A stretch of 49,107 nucleotides of DNA, from the IMG/VR virus record IMGVR_UViG_2563366861_000002. One strand, written 5' to 3'. Of this stretch, positions 1 to 8,816 are shown one piece after another (within the stretch, counting starts at the first letter, position 1; every line of letters begins with the position of its first letter). A program made the translations under genes and the position numbers. The notes below the pieces were generated by a model. It was not told the origin of the DNA and ran no database searches. It worked only from the letters and a program-made list of their open reading frames with translations. This DNA comes from a virus (lineage: Duplodnaviria > Heunggongvirae > Uroviricota > Caudoviricetes).

Positions 1-1080
1 CTAAATCAGTAAGTTGGCAGCATCACCCAAAATTTGGGTATCAATTCCCTGCTCTCTGAACAATCGCTCTGATAAAGATCTCTGCTCATGGAAAGAGGGT
101 GGGGTGCCATTAGCACGCCAGTTGTAATCCACAGAATCCCGCGCTTTTTTAAATGCAACGGTTAACGTTGCTGGCTTAACCATCCCGCCGCGCTTAGCTG
201 TCCCTTTCGCGTGATGATGGTGCAATAGCCACGGACTAAGAACGCAATCGCGACAGGATGACACCACATCATCCAGGGTGAGATTTAATTTATCGCAACG
301 CAGAGCCAGAGGGATGGCAATCCGGGTTCCTGTTTTTTGCTGTTCGACATGAAGATAACCATCCCGGATATCCGAAAATTGCATTTTGCAAATATCTGAA
401 AGGCGCTGGCCTGTCATCAGTGCCAGCAGCATACCGCGCTGTAAAAAGTAACCATCCTTTTCCGCTGCGTTATAAATCATCGTCCACTCATCAAAAGTCA
501 GTCGCTGTCTTGATATCCGCACCTGTGGTTTTTTTGCCGATTCTGCAGGATTAAAGCCTGGCGGGGCATCGCCCGTTTGCTGAGCCTCCCGGAAAACATC
601 GATCAGTACCTTCCTGAAAATTTGTCCCATTCTGTTATGTCCTCTGGACTTGTACTCTTCCAGCACCGATACCACATCCTTTACGGTTATGGCATCTAAC
701 GGTCTGGTGCCAAAACGTTCATCAAAAACCCTGAGAGGGGCCGCTTTCTGTTTCAGCGTGTTGAGTTTGATTTCTCCGTTTTCATATCTTTCCTGTTGAA
801 TTTTTCTGTAATTATTCAGAAAAATGGAAACGGTTGATGAACCGCCGGTATCATTAATAATTTTCTCCTGCAGACTGAGCATTTGCTCCATTTGTTGTCT
901 GGCAAGACGGCTGTTCGCTTCTGCTGCAATGGTTTCCGCCAGTTTCTGGTCAATACTGCCGAGACCGTGATTTTTGCCTGTTATGGGATGCCTGTAACGC
1001 CAGTAAACTTTGTTATTTCTTTTGTCAAAATACGGAGATAATCCCGGAACATCGGTTTTATATTTTCGCGGGCGCGCCAT
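1..1080 (-). CDS. int: tyrosine integrase (lambda Int-like); C-terminus ends before the expected catalytic His/Tyr segment
   Basis: 359-aa ORF; collinear with lambda Int including box I (TGQRLSDI) and HxxR (FHEQRSL), but terminates ...ILGDAANLLI* where lambda Int continues LLGH...ASQY (catalytic Tyr). Stop codon is window positions 1-3. Confidence 0.85.
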   Translation of the reverse strand: MARPRKYKTDVPGLSPYFDKRNNKVYWRYRHPITGKNHGLGSIDQKLAETIAAEANSRLARQQMEQMLSLQEKIINDTGGSSTVSIFLNNYRKIQQERYENGEIKLNTLKQKAAPLRVFDERFGTRPLDAITVKDVVSVLEEYKSRGHNRMGQIFRKVLIDVFREAQQTGDAPPGFNPAESAKKPQVRISRQRLTFDEWTMIYNAAEKDGYFLQRGMLLALMTGQRLSDICKMQFSDIRDGYLHVEQQKTGTRIAIPLALRCDKLNLTLDDVVSSCRDCVLSPWLLHHHHAKGTAKRGGMVKPATLTVAFKKARDSVDYNWRANGTPPSFHEQRSLSERLFREQGIDTQILGDAANLLI

Positions 1081-1306
1081 CTTCCAGTATCCTCTTCAAA
1101 GCAGGGTGATCTGTGGCGATCACCTCCGGCTTGTTTACCATTCCGACAAAGCGAGCTTGCGGATCCACTCGCCAGCGTCTTCCAACTTTTTTGGGGAGAG
1201 GAAATATCATTCCGGCTTTAGCGTATTTACTTAACGTGCCCGGAGTAGGGACCGGTTCACTGAATTCCTCTTTTGCCCACTCAGTGAGCAGAATAAGTCT
1301 TGCCAT
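1058..1306 (-). CDS. xis: excisionase (Xis-like DNA-binding protein)
   Basis: 82-aa ORF overlapping int start as in lambda; LTEW...IFPLPKK resembles lambda Xis LTLQEW...IFPPPVK. Confidence 0.7.
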   Translation of the reverse strand: MARLILLTEWAKEEFSEPVPTPGTLSKYAKAGMIFPLPKKVGRRWRVDPQARFVGMVNKPEVIATDHPALKRILEDGAPAKI

Positions 1307-1427
1307 GGGCGTCGTTCGCTAATCATGGTCGCCGCCACTATAGCTGGTGGGCAACGACCGGGGTTGAACATTAAAAATCAGCCTGACTCGGGATCAGTTT
1401 TTGCCAGATAACTGAAACGTATTTTGC

Positions 1428-3842
1428 CTAGTAACGGGCGTCATCAAGTGCATTATGGCGCTCACCTTCGAATGGAATAGCCGTTCTGGCATCGAAGTCT
1501 ATGGCTTTCCCCAGCTCAACGATTGTGCGTACATCGCGATCGTTGTAGTAACGCCACGGGCAGGGGATCCCCTGCCGTTCGTATGAACGGCGCAAAATCG
1601 TGTTGTCGAAGTTGGCTCCATTTCCCCAAACCTGAACAAAAAATTCACCGGAGTTTTCGTCGATAAATTCCCGCAATTGTAACAGTGCATCATCTAACGG
1701 GATTTCATCGGTCATAATGGCAGATTGCGCTTCGCGTGATTGCTTAAGCCACCATTTAATGGTGTCCCGATCAATGACTCCGCCAGCAGTTTCCAGATCG
1801 ATAGTCTTACTAAATTCCGGTCCCATATCTCCGGTTTGCGGATCGAAAAATATTGCACCTATTGAGATGATCGGGGCATCAGGATTTTTTCCCATGGTTT
1901 CAAGGTCTATCATTAGATGGTCACACGTCCTGCTGGTGGATGTGATTACGTGATGACTGTTCACCTTAATTGAGTGATTTGCCGTCTCGCCAGTTTCATT
2001 ATCGCTATCGTGATGCTGATTGCCGCCAGTGTTCTCCTTGTGTGGATGTTCAGCGCCTTCCATTTCCTCCGGATCATCTTCCTGAACTTCAACCTGATAC
2101 TCTTCATCGAATGTTTCCTGGTATGTTGCGTCGCCCATCACCGCGCCACAATCAGGGCAATTGCCGCCGCCGGTCTGACCGCAGGCGGTGCAGACTTTTT
2201 CCACTTCCTGTTGCGCCACTGGTTCAGGCTGTTTCGTTTCTGGCTCGTTTTGTAACGCATTTGGGCTGTTTTGTTCCGCTTTTTGGTAGTTCCGTTCCGA
2301 TTCATGCTGGTTCTGGTTTACAGAATCGCGGGTCTGGATCCCCTTAACCCATTTCGGATCATTCGGGTCGCTAATCCCTGCAACAAATTCTCCGCGAGAG
2401 GCAGCAAGCAACTTATCGGCGTCAGGCTGGCTGATATTGGCTGCCTGCATAATTTTGTTTACTTCGTCAGCGGTAACTTTTACCGGCCCTGGTTGTGCGG
2501 TCGTGTCAGATGCACCAGTATTTTGTTGTGAACCTGAGTATGTACCGTTTTTGTGGGCGAAATATTCTTCTTTCGTGATTTCAGTAGCCCCGGCAGCCAG
2601 TGCCTTATCCAGACCAGAAAGTTTGTTTGCGCGACCGTATTTTTCGCCATCCTTGTCGGTGAAGAGGAAGTAGAACGGCCCCTCACGCTCTACAGATGGT
2701 TCGACTTCCACTTTGCATTCGGTTTTTTCGTTGTCCGGAATTGCCGTTTCCACTGCATCAGTTTCTGGTACTGGCGACGAGAGAGTATCAGTTGCGCTCT
2801 GATTTCTTCCTTCATCTTCAAACACGCCCTTTGTAGTCAGGTATTCAGTAATGTATTTGTTCAGTGCCACAGGGTCTTTGTGAATGTCGATCGGACGTTC
2901 ACGGACAAGGCCAAAAATAGTCTGGCGGTCGTAGCGAAGGGCATCAGGCTGTTTGCGCATTGATGCCGAGATACGCTTCCAGTCTTCGCGGTCGTTGTCG
3001 ATAACTTCATTTTTTGCCCAGCGATGGATGCTGCCGTCAATGTTTCCGGCATCCACATCACCAGGCCAGAGAGCGTAGGCCAGTTCGTCATCCAGTGTTT
3101 TCCATGTCTGCTTGTATTCGCGATGAATGGCAGCAATGACCAGGCTGATTTTTCCTGTTGAATTTTCAGTGTGCTGTTGATTGACTCTGGCGCGGGCGAG
3201 ATCAACAACAGACGTGTATTTTCCGGTTTCCTTGCGTTCACCTTCGCGACGTTTTTTCCAGATGCGCATCTCTGCCTGAATTTCGGGCCATTTGGCACCA
3301 GGCTTACATTTATGCTTAACCCACCCGATGGCATGCAGCTTAAGCTCCGGATACATGGCGTTAACATCTGGCATTTTCATCAACGCTTCAACGATATGTC
3401 CGTCGAATGTTGCCATGTCTTCCTGCAACAATTCCTGTGCGCTAATAACCATATCAACGGTGATGTTTTCACATGTGTCGAACTTAACCATGACAGCGTT
3501 CTGTACTTCAGGGGCCAGCTTGTCAAAAGTGACGTTCATCGGATCGGATTCAGTCTCAACCGGGACAAAGGAAGCAGACTCCTCATCCCAGCGGTTTTCC
3601 TGCATATATTCAGCATCCCAGGAATCGAGGGCAGGGCGGGGTATACCGGGTTTATCCTCGCAGACAAGAAATTTATAAGCGCAGTCCTGAGCAGCCGGAT
3701 AATGTTCCAGGAATTGCCAGTGAAATTTTGCGCGGGCGCGACGTTCATCACCGGCTTCAATGGCAGTGGCTACAGCGACGGCACCTTCTTCCTTTATTGC
3801 CTGTTCGTCCGGAATGGCGGCGCAAATAAAGACTTTACTCAT
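1428..3842 (-). CDS. large exonuclease-domain protein (DEDDh 3'-5' exonuclease fold at C-terminus, Cys4 zinc-ribbon in middle)
   Basis: 804-aa ORF; C-terminal motifs MIDLETMG (Exo I), GNGANFD (Exo II), HNALDDARY (Exo III) match DnaQ/RNase T-like DEDDh; CTACG...CPDCG zinc ribbon; acidic/Q-rich linker. Confidence 0.8.
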   Translation of the reverse strand: MSKVFICAAIPDEQAIKEEGAVAVATAIEAGDERRARAKFHWQFLEHYPAAQDCAYKFLVCEDKPGIPRPALDSWDAEYMQENRWDEESASFVPVETESDPMNVTFDKLAPEVQNAVMVKFDTCENITVDMVISAQELLQEDMATFDGHIVEALMKMPDVNAMYPELKLHAIGWVKHKCKPGAKWPEIQAEMRIWKKRREGERKETGKYTSVVDLARARVNQQHTENSTGKISLVIAAIHREYKQTWKTLDDELAYALWPGDVDAGNIDGSIHRWAKNEVIDNDREDWKRISASMRKQPDALRYDRQTIFGLVRERPIDIHKDPVALNKYITEYLTTKGVFEDEGRNQSATDTLSSPVPETDAVETAIPDNEKTECKVEVEPSVEREGPFYFLFTDKDGEKYGRANKLSGLDKALAAGATEITKEEYFAHKNGTYSGSQQNTGASDTTAQPGPVKVTADEVNKIMQAANISQPDADKLLAASRGEFVAGISDPNDPKWVKGIQTRDSVNQNQHESERNYQKAEQNSPNALQNEPETKQPEPVAQQEVEKVCTACGQTGGGNCPDCGAVMGDATYQETFDEEYQVEVQEDDPEEMEGAEHPHKENTGGNQHHDSDNETGETANHSIKVNSHHVITSTSRTCDHLMIDLETMGKNPDAPIISIGAIFFDPQTGDMGPEFSKTIDLETAGGVIDRDTIKWWLKQSREAQSAIMTDEIPLDDALLQLREFIDENSGEFFVQVWGNGANFDNTILRRSYERQGIPCPWRYYNDRDVRTIVELGKAIDFDARTAIPFEGERHNALDDARY

Positions 3843-3934
3843 TTTGTTTTACCTCATTACAGATTTAAGGGTGAACAAATCCCTGCCATTGCTGGCATAT
3901 AAGAATGAAACCGGATATTTATTACGGAACTGTT

Positions 3935-4135
3935 TTAAAGACCTGCCGGGATTTCGTTATTATCCTGGTGAATAACTTTATCGACCGGGTAACAGTTACC
4001 GGGAATTTTCTGTTCGGTTGCTGCAGTCACACACTCCTGCATTGTCCTGTGAACACTGACTGCAATATCAACTGGCTCTCCGGAAACAAGAAAAACTGTC
4101 AGAACAAGTGCAAATGCTGTATTCATTGCCAGCAT
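3935..4135 (-). CDS. hypothetical small secreted protein (signal-peptide-like N-terminus)
   Basis: Internal start MLAMNTAFALVLTVFLVSG... of the 81-aa ORF; hydrophobic N-terminus; AT-rich region; no homology recognised. Confidence 0.3.
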   Translation of the reverse strand: MLAMNTAFALVLTVFLVSGEPVDIAVSVHRTMQECVTAATEQKIPGNCYPVDKVIHQDNNEIPAGL

Positions 4136-4416
4136 CCTTTTTGTATCGGACGTAAACGGGCCAGCATTGAAAGAATGCATATTTTATTTAATAGCTCCCG
4201 TTCGTGTTTTCTCTTGTTAATGGCATCTTCAGTAAATACAGGGTTACTGATATTGACACCAATTTCAAAACAACCTTCAGACGTATTAACGTTTGGTAAT
4301 AACGTTTCCATTATCGCGTCCTCAACAATGAATTTTGTGATGCGGTGCCTGGTGCCTCCAGGTGACGTTAACCAGTTAACAATTAACGCCGGATACAGAG
4401 AATCCACCCATAACAC
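4123..4416 (-). CDS. hypothetical protein
   Basis: 97-aa ORF in AT-rich early-left region; better RBS (GAGGA) precedes internal start METLLP (4311); function unknown. Confidence 0.3.
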   Translation of the reverse strand: MLWVDSLYPALIVNWLTSPGGTRHRITKFIVEDAIMETLLPNVNTSEGCFEIGVNISNPVFTEDAINKRKHERELLNKICILSMLARLRPIQKGCWQ

Positions 4417-4873
4417 TGTTTTTGGTTTTAACTGTTCCGCGTGCGCTCAGCCGCATTCACCACATCACAAAATTCACTTTAAAAAGGGCGGCAGAGCAGT
4501 CACGGAGTAAAACTGATACCGCCAAACGTCACCAGAAAATTGATAACAGAGGGCGTTGCAGCGGGGTTGTCACTTAAGCGTATGGTCAACCTGACAACCC
4601 GGTGTCCTCAACGGGGGAAGGAATAACCCCGCCATACTTACCGCCGCGCCATTTCGCGGATTGCCACAACCGGAAGCGCACGGTCGACGAAAATTTAACG
4701 ACAGGCTATCTATGAACCAGCTACCTCGCCGTGCGCTTTCGCGTTATGGTCTGACTTTTCAGGGAAATATCCTTTCAGTAAACTGTCAGTGCCGGATGCT
4801 CACCCGTGTCCGGCGCACGCACTCCACCTCACCCGTGGAGAACTCCTTAATCACCAACCCTCAGGAGGGTGAA

Positions 4874-5149
4874 ATGTCGACTGAAAATGATGAAATCATT
4901 AACTCCCTGATACGCCAGATTAATAATTTTGATAAAGCATTGCAACATGCTGCGGCGCGTAGTGATATAACTCTTTTAGCAATTTCATTTCTTGCATCTG
5001 TTATGGATAAAAATGAAGTCGTACGACAGAGTCTTGTTGATTATATCGACTCGCTTCAACCCGGCACTTTCAATCATGAGAGCTTCAATCATGAGAAAGA
5101 GCATGTTAAGTCTGTAATTAATTCTCTTATTTTGAATCAAAAGAATTAA
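4874..5149 (+). CDS. hypothetical protein (AT-rich moron-like gene, opposite to early-left operon)
   Basis: ATG at 4874 preceded by GGAGGG RBS; 91 aa; visibly AT-rich; 3' end overlaps convergent gene 5127-5459 by 23 bp. Confidence 0.5.
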   Translation: MSTENDEIINSLIRQINNFDKALQHAAARSDITLLAISFLASVMDKNEVVRQSLVDYIDSLQPGTFNHESFNHEKEHVKSVINSLILNQKN

Positions 5150-5459
5150 TGCTTTTTGTTGCAAAGTAATTTTCAAGGGGTTCTATTCGAATCCCTTTCT
5201 TTTTCATTAACAAGCCAAACCCCTTATCAATGATGTCCATTAGATCCAGGAAGTATTTTTCATGTAAATCCTGGTTATCAGAGAGCTGCTTCTCTTCGTA
5301 CAGCCCGATAAAGGCTCGGCGTACGTTACCGGATATATTGTCGATGGTTTCTTTTTCTACGGTACTCAGGTCAAGAGTCGCCAGTTGAGAGCGAACCACA
5401 TTCGATGCCATTTCCTGGAATGGGACTGGTAAATCTTTAAATTCCATCGTCAACCTCAT
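5127..5459 (-). CDS. hypothetical protein (early-left operon)
   Basis: 110-aa ORF; start overlaps stop of upstream gene in ATGA arrangement (translational coupling). Confidence 0.5.
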   Translation of the reverse strand: MRLTMEFKDLPVPFQEMASNVVRSQLATLDLSTVEKETIDNISGNVRRAFIGLYEEKQLSDNQDLHEKYFLDLMDIIDKGFGLLMKKKGIRIEPLENYFATKSINSFDSK

Positions 5460-5692
5460 CAGTCAGTGTTTCTGGTTAACCAGCGACGTGCGCCAGCTTC
5501 AGTTTTAAACGTTTTGCTTCTGGTATATGTCATCGCGGTAAACGTGCCGTCCTGGTTGGGAAACACGCCGCATACCAGAGATTCGTTGTTGCCAAGCTCG
5601 ATAGTATCCATGCTGACCTCATTTCCCCTTAACGCCGGGGTAGCGGAACAAAAACCTGCTGCATAGTTATTAAAGTTGAACCCTGCCGTCAT
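5459..5692 (-). CDS. hypothetical protein, first gene downstream of leftward early promoter
   Basis: 77-aa ORF immediately downstream (leftward) of candidate PL/OL; not similar to lambda N. Confidence 0.55.
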   Translation of the reverse strand: MTAGFNFNNYAAGFCSATPALRGNEVSMDTIELGNNESLVCGVFPNQDGTFTAMTYTRSKTFKTEAGARRWLTRNTD

Positions 5693-5789
5693 GTTCTTAC
5701 GCCTCGGGCTGGCTACTTAACCCCTGACCACTGCCTGGTAACTCGAGGTATTGCCCTGTATTGTGTGGGACGGGATGGGTTGGTATGGG

Positions 5790-5836
5790 AAAACTATAGG
5801 AAATGCCTAATTACTTGTCAATAGGCTATGCCTAAT
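5790..5836 (-). promoter_or_regulatory. candidate leftward early promoter PL with operator OL
   Basis: Minus strand: -35 TTGACA (plus 5816-5821), 17-bp spacer, -10 TATAGT (plus 5793-5798); overlapped by palindrome TAGGCTATGCCTA (5822-5834) and half-sites GCCTAA. Confidence 0.5.
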
Positions 5837-5929
5837 AATTTGGGCGCAACCTAATAGGTGATGGTTTGTGGGAGAGGTAGTAGGAGTTAACTAACGGGAA
5901 CTAGGAATTTCCCGTCGGACCATATAAGT

Positions 5930-6406
5930 TTAAGTTCCTGTCTTGGTGATGTTCTGGCTTTTCCGTTTTGATTCTTGATTTTTCAGATAGTTAGCTACCT
6001 TCATTTCCATTGCGGCAATGTAGGCGCGAACGTCATGATCAACCCAACTAGGCTCCGTAGCATTTCCAGATAAGATGAAAGCCACAATTGCTCTTTTTTC
6101 ATCAGAGGCGGCTTGATAAAGGCTGTTTATGTCTAAAAGTTCACTTTTTGTATCTGAAGTGGATGGGGTTGGTATGGGGTATTCGTTAAGCCCCCAATGC
6201 TCTGGACCAACCACATCAGAAAAGAAACGCCATAGTTCTGGAAGTTTGTCTTTACTTATCGAACCTTTCTTAATCCAGTCATGGATTGATGGTGGTTGGA
6301 CTTTGAAATGACGTGCGATTTCCGCCTTTGATTTGACGGCTCCTGATGCAATTTTTTTGTTAATGGCCTGCTCTATCGCTCGGCCTAAGTCTTTACCACT
6401 AAGCAT
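5930..6406 (-). CDS. CI-type prophage repressor (RacR-like HTH protein)
   Basis: 158-aa ORF with N-terminal HTH (SKAEIARHFKVQPPSIHDWIKKG); divergent from Cro-like gene; flanked by operator palindromes; resembles my memory of E. coli RacR. Confidence 0.8.
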   Translation of the reverse strand: MLSGKDLGRAIEQAINKKIASGAVKSKAEIARHFKVQPPSIHDWIKKGSISKDKLPELWRFFSDVVGPEHWGLNEYPIPTPSTSDTKSELLDINSLYQAASDEKRAIVAFILSGNATEPSWVDHDVRAYIAAMEMKVANYLKNQESKRKSQNITKTGT

Positions 6407-6458
6407 TGCTTAATAGTCTCCTATGCGCATCGCGTTAGGCAATCCCTACTCTCGATGT

Positions 6459-6503
6459 ATTAGGCATAGCCTATTGACAATTTCATTAGGCTAAGCCTAA
6501 TAT
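6459..6503 (+). promoter_or_regulatory. candidate rightward early promoter PR with operators OR
   Basis: -35 TTGACA (6474-6479), -10 TAATAT (6498-6503); two 15-bp palindromes TTAGGC-N3-GCCTAA at 6460-6474 and 6487-6501 overlap -35 and spacer/-10. Confidence 0.55.
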
Positions 6504-6530
6504 TGTTGCGTGTTTTTTGGAGTTCATTCG

Positions 6531-6854
6531 ATGAAAAAAGATAACTATTCATTCAAACGAGCTTGTGCTGTTGTCGGTGGGCAATCAGCAATGGCTAGGC
6601 TTTTAGGTGTATCTCCTCCAAGCGTAAATCAATGGATCAAAGGTGTACGTCAGTTACCTGCTGAGAGATGTCCTGCGATTGAACGAGCAACAAAAGGTGG
6701 TGTCCTGTGTGAAGAACTTCGTCCTGATGTTGATTGGACATACTTACGACGCTCGTCATGTTATTCGCAGAATATGTCGATGAAGCAACCAAATGACGAA
6801 AACGATCATACCCGAAGCATCAAGAGGCAAATGATTCATGAAAATCAAACATGA
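6531..6854 (+). CDS. Cro/YdaS-like HTH protein
   Basis: ATG 6531 with GGAG RBS; HTH (QSAMARLLGVSPPSVNQWIKG); first gene of rightward operon, position of cro / Rac ydaS. Confidence 0.75.
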   Translation: MKKDNYSFKRACAVVGGQSAMARLLGVSPPSVNQWIKGVRQLPAERCPAIERATKGGVLCEELRPDVDWTYLRRSSCYSQNMSMKQPNDENDHTRSIKRQMIHENQT

Positions 6855-7263
6855 GCACATCCGCATGGCGATGAATGCCTGGGCATACCCTGATGGTGAG
6901 AAAGTTCCTGCAGCTGAAATAGCCCGGACTTATTTCGAACTGGGGATGACGTTCCCTGAACTGTACGACGACAGCCATCCGGAAGCCCTGGCCCGTAATA
7001 CCCAGAAAATTTTCCGTTGGCTGGATAAAGACACCCCTGATGCTGTTGAAAAAATGCAGGCTCTGTTACCGGCGATCGAAAAGGCGATGCCGCCTTTGCT
7101 GGTGGCCCGTATGCGCAGCCACAGTTCTGAATATTACCGTGAGATCGTCGAACGGAGGGATCGGCTGGTGAAGGATGTCGATGATTTTGTTGCGTCAGCG
7201 GTTGTTTTGTATGACCAGATGAATCGCGGCGGCCCGGCAGGGAATGCTGTGGTGATGCACTAA
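6838..7263 (+). CDS. YdaT-like protein (CII-position regulator / putative toxin)
   Basis: 141-aa ORF beginning MKIKHEHI..., matching my recollection of Rac YdaT; follows Cro-like gene. Confidence 0.7.
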   Translation: MKIKHEHIRMAMNAWAYPDGEKVPAAEIARTYFELGMTFPELYDDSHPEALARNTQKIFRWLDKDTPDAVEKMQALLPAIEKAMPPLLVARMRSHSSEYYREIVERRDRLVKDVDDFVASAVVLYDQMNRGGPAGNAVVMH

Positions 7264-7285
7264 AAGCACGGTGTTCGGGGGTTTT

Positions 7286-8248
7286 ATGAGCAGCAAGCTT
7301 CATGGTCTTGTCTGGGAAGGGTGCGCCTTCACCGGCATGATCTTATCCAGGGTGGCGGTTATGGCCCGTCTTGCAGACTACAGCAATGACGAGGGCGTGT
7401 CATGGCCTGCCATTGAAACTATCCGGCGTCAGATCGGTGCAAGAAGTGAATCCACAGTGAAATCGGCTATTGCAGAACTGGCGAAAGAGGGCTGGCTGAC
7501 GAAGGAAGAGCGTAAGGTCGGTGGGCGTAATGTAAGCAATATCTATCGGCTTAATGTGGAAAAACTCGAAGCAGCTGCGGCGGCGGCGCGTGAGTCATAT
7601 AAACCGAAAAGAAAAATTAGCCCGGCAAAAAATGACCCGTTAACAGTTGACCCGTCAAATATTGACCCCTCAACGGTTGACCCGTCAAATTTTGATGGAT
7701 CAACTGTTGATAAAAAACTGCCGATTAGGGGGGCGATGATTGACCCCGATCCGTCAGTATTAAAACCTGATCCGTCAGATAAAAGATCTTCTTGTCCGGA
7801 CGCTTCGCAACCGGACCCGCAGACGGCTGAACAGGATTTTTTAACCCGACACCCTGACGCGGTTGTGTTCAGTGCGAAAAAACGCCAGTGGGGAAGTCAG
7901 GAAGATTTGGTGTGCGCACAGTGGATCTGGGGACGAATCGTGAGTCTTTACGAGCAGGCGGCCAGCGATGATGGCGAGATCACTAGACCGAAAGAACCCA
8001 ACTGGACAGCATGGGCCAATGACGTTCGCACAATGCGGATGCTGGATGGCAGAACTCACAGACAAATTTGTGAAATGTTTGGGCGTCTCCAGCGGGATTC
8101 GTTCTGGGTAAAAAACATCATGAGTCCGGCAAAACTCCGGGAAAAATGGGATGAACTGGTTATCCGCCTGGGGCGTTCGCCTGCGCAGCGTTGCGTGAAT
8201 CACATTTCTGAACCGGACACTGAAATTCCGCCGGGCTTCAGGGGGTAA
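7286..8248 (+). CDS. replication initiation protein (lambda O-like / YdaU-like, winged-helix N-terminus)
   Basis: ~320-aa ORF; N-terminal winged-helix-like region; contains tandem iterons within its coding sequence like lambda O. Confidence 0.75.
   Translation: MSSKLHGLVWEGCAFTGMILSRVAVMARLADYSNDEGVSWPAIETIRRQIGARSESTVKSAIAELAKEGWLTKEERKVGGRNVSNIYRLNVEKLEAAAAAARESYKPKRKISPAKNDPLTVDPSNIDPSTVDPSNFDGSTVDKKLPIRGAMIDPDPSVLKPDPSDKRSSCPDASQPDPQTAEQDFLTRHPDAVVFSAKKRQWGSQEDLVCAQWIWGRIVSLYEQAASDDGEITRPKEPNWTAWANDVRTMRMLDGRTHRQICEMFGRLQRDSFWVKNIMSPAKLREKWDELVIRLGRSPAQRCVNHISEPDTEIPPGFRG
7632..7706. repeat. iteron array (candidate replication origin) inside the O-like gene
   Basis: Five ~15-bp direct repeats: ATGACCCGTTAACAG, TTGACCCGTCAAATA, TTGACCCCTCAACGG, TTGACCCGTCAAATT, TTGATGGATCAACTG, followed by A-rich TTGATAAAAAACTG. 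Confidence 0.55.
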
Positions 8249-8288
8249 GTGTTAATTTCTGGTCATGAGGTAATTTTCAGGAGGGCTT

Positions 8289-8711
8289 GTGGCAAAAGTT
8301 TTTACACAAGAAGAGCGGGAAAAAATTAAAGGGCAGGTTGTTGAACTCGTACGCCAGAGTGGGCGCGAGACGTTACGACAACTGGAAACTAAAACTGGGG
8401 CAACAAGATATCTGATGAGCGTTCTGGCCAGAGAGCTGGTTGCCAGTGGCGATGTATACAACTCTGGTTACGGGTTATTCCCGTCTGAACAGGCGCGTAA
8501 GGACTGGCAAAATGCCCGTAAAAAGCTCTCAAGGGCAAAGCTGAAGAAACCATCTGCGGTTGATCCGGACCTTATCTGGTCATTACCTGACGGAGAAATA
8601 CGTCGCTACGACAGGCGTCAGAACATAATCTGTCGCGAGTGCCGGAAGAGCGAAGTTATGCAGCGCATATTGTCGTTTTATCAGGGTAATTTTCAGAAGG
8701 TGCTGTTGTGA
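8289..8711 (+). CDS. hypothetical protein (replication-module position)
   Basis: 140-aa ORF, GTG start preceded by AGGAGGG RBS; occupies position of lambda P / Rac ydaV but no AAA+ motif seen. Confidence 0.55.
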   Translation: MAKVFTQEEREKIKGQVVELVRQSGRETLRQLETKTGATRYLMSVLARELVASGDVYNSGYGLFPSEQARKDWQNARKKLSRAKLKKPSAVDPDLIWSLPDGEIRRYDRRQNIICRECRKSEVMQRILSFYQGNFQKVLL

Positions 8712-8816
8712 GCCAAATTAACAATCGGAACTTCGTGAAGAGAAAGCATAATCCAAATCTGAATAATTAAGTTCAGCACTGTAAATAAAATTTAATCCTT
8801 AACTGGAGGTATATCT

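Noticed and set aside
3171-3902. 243-aa plus-strand ORF
   Set aside because: Antisense to the 804-aa exonuclease gene, whose frame carries conserved DEDDh motifs.
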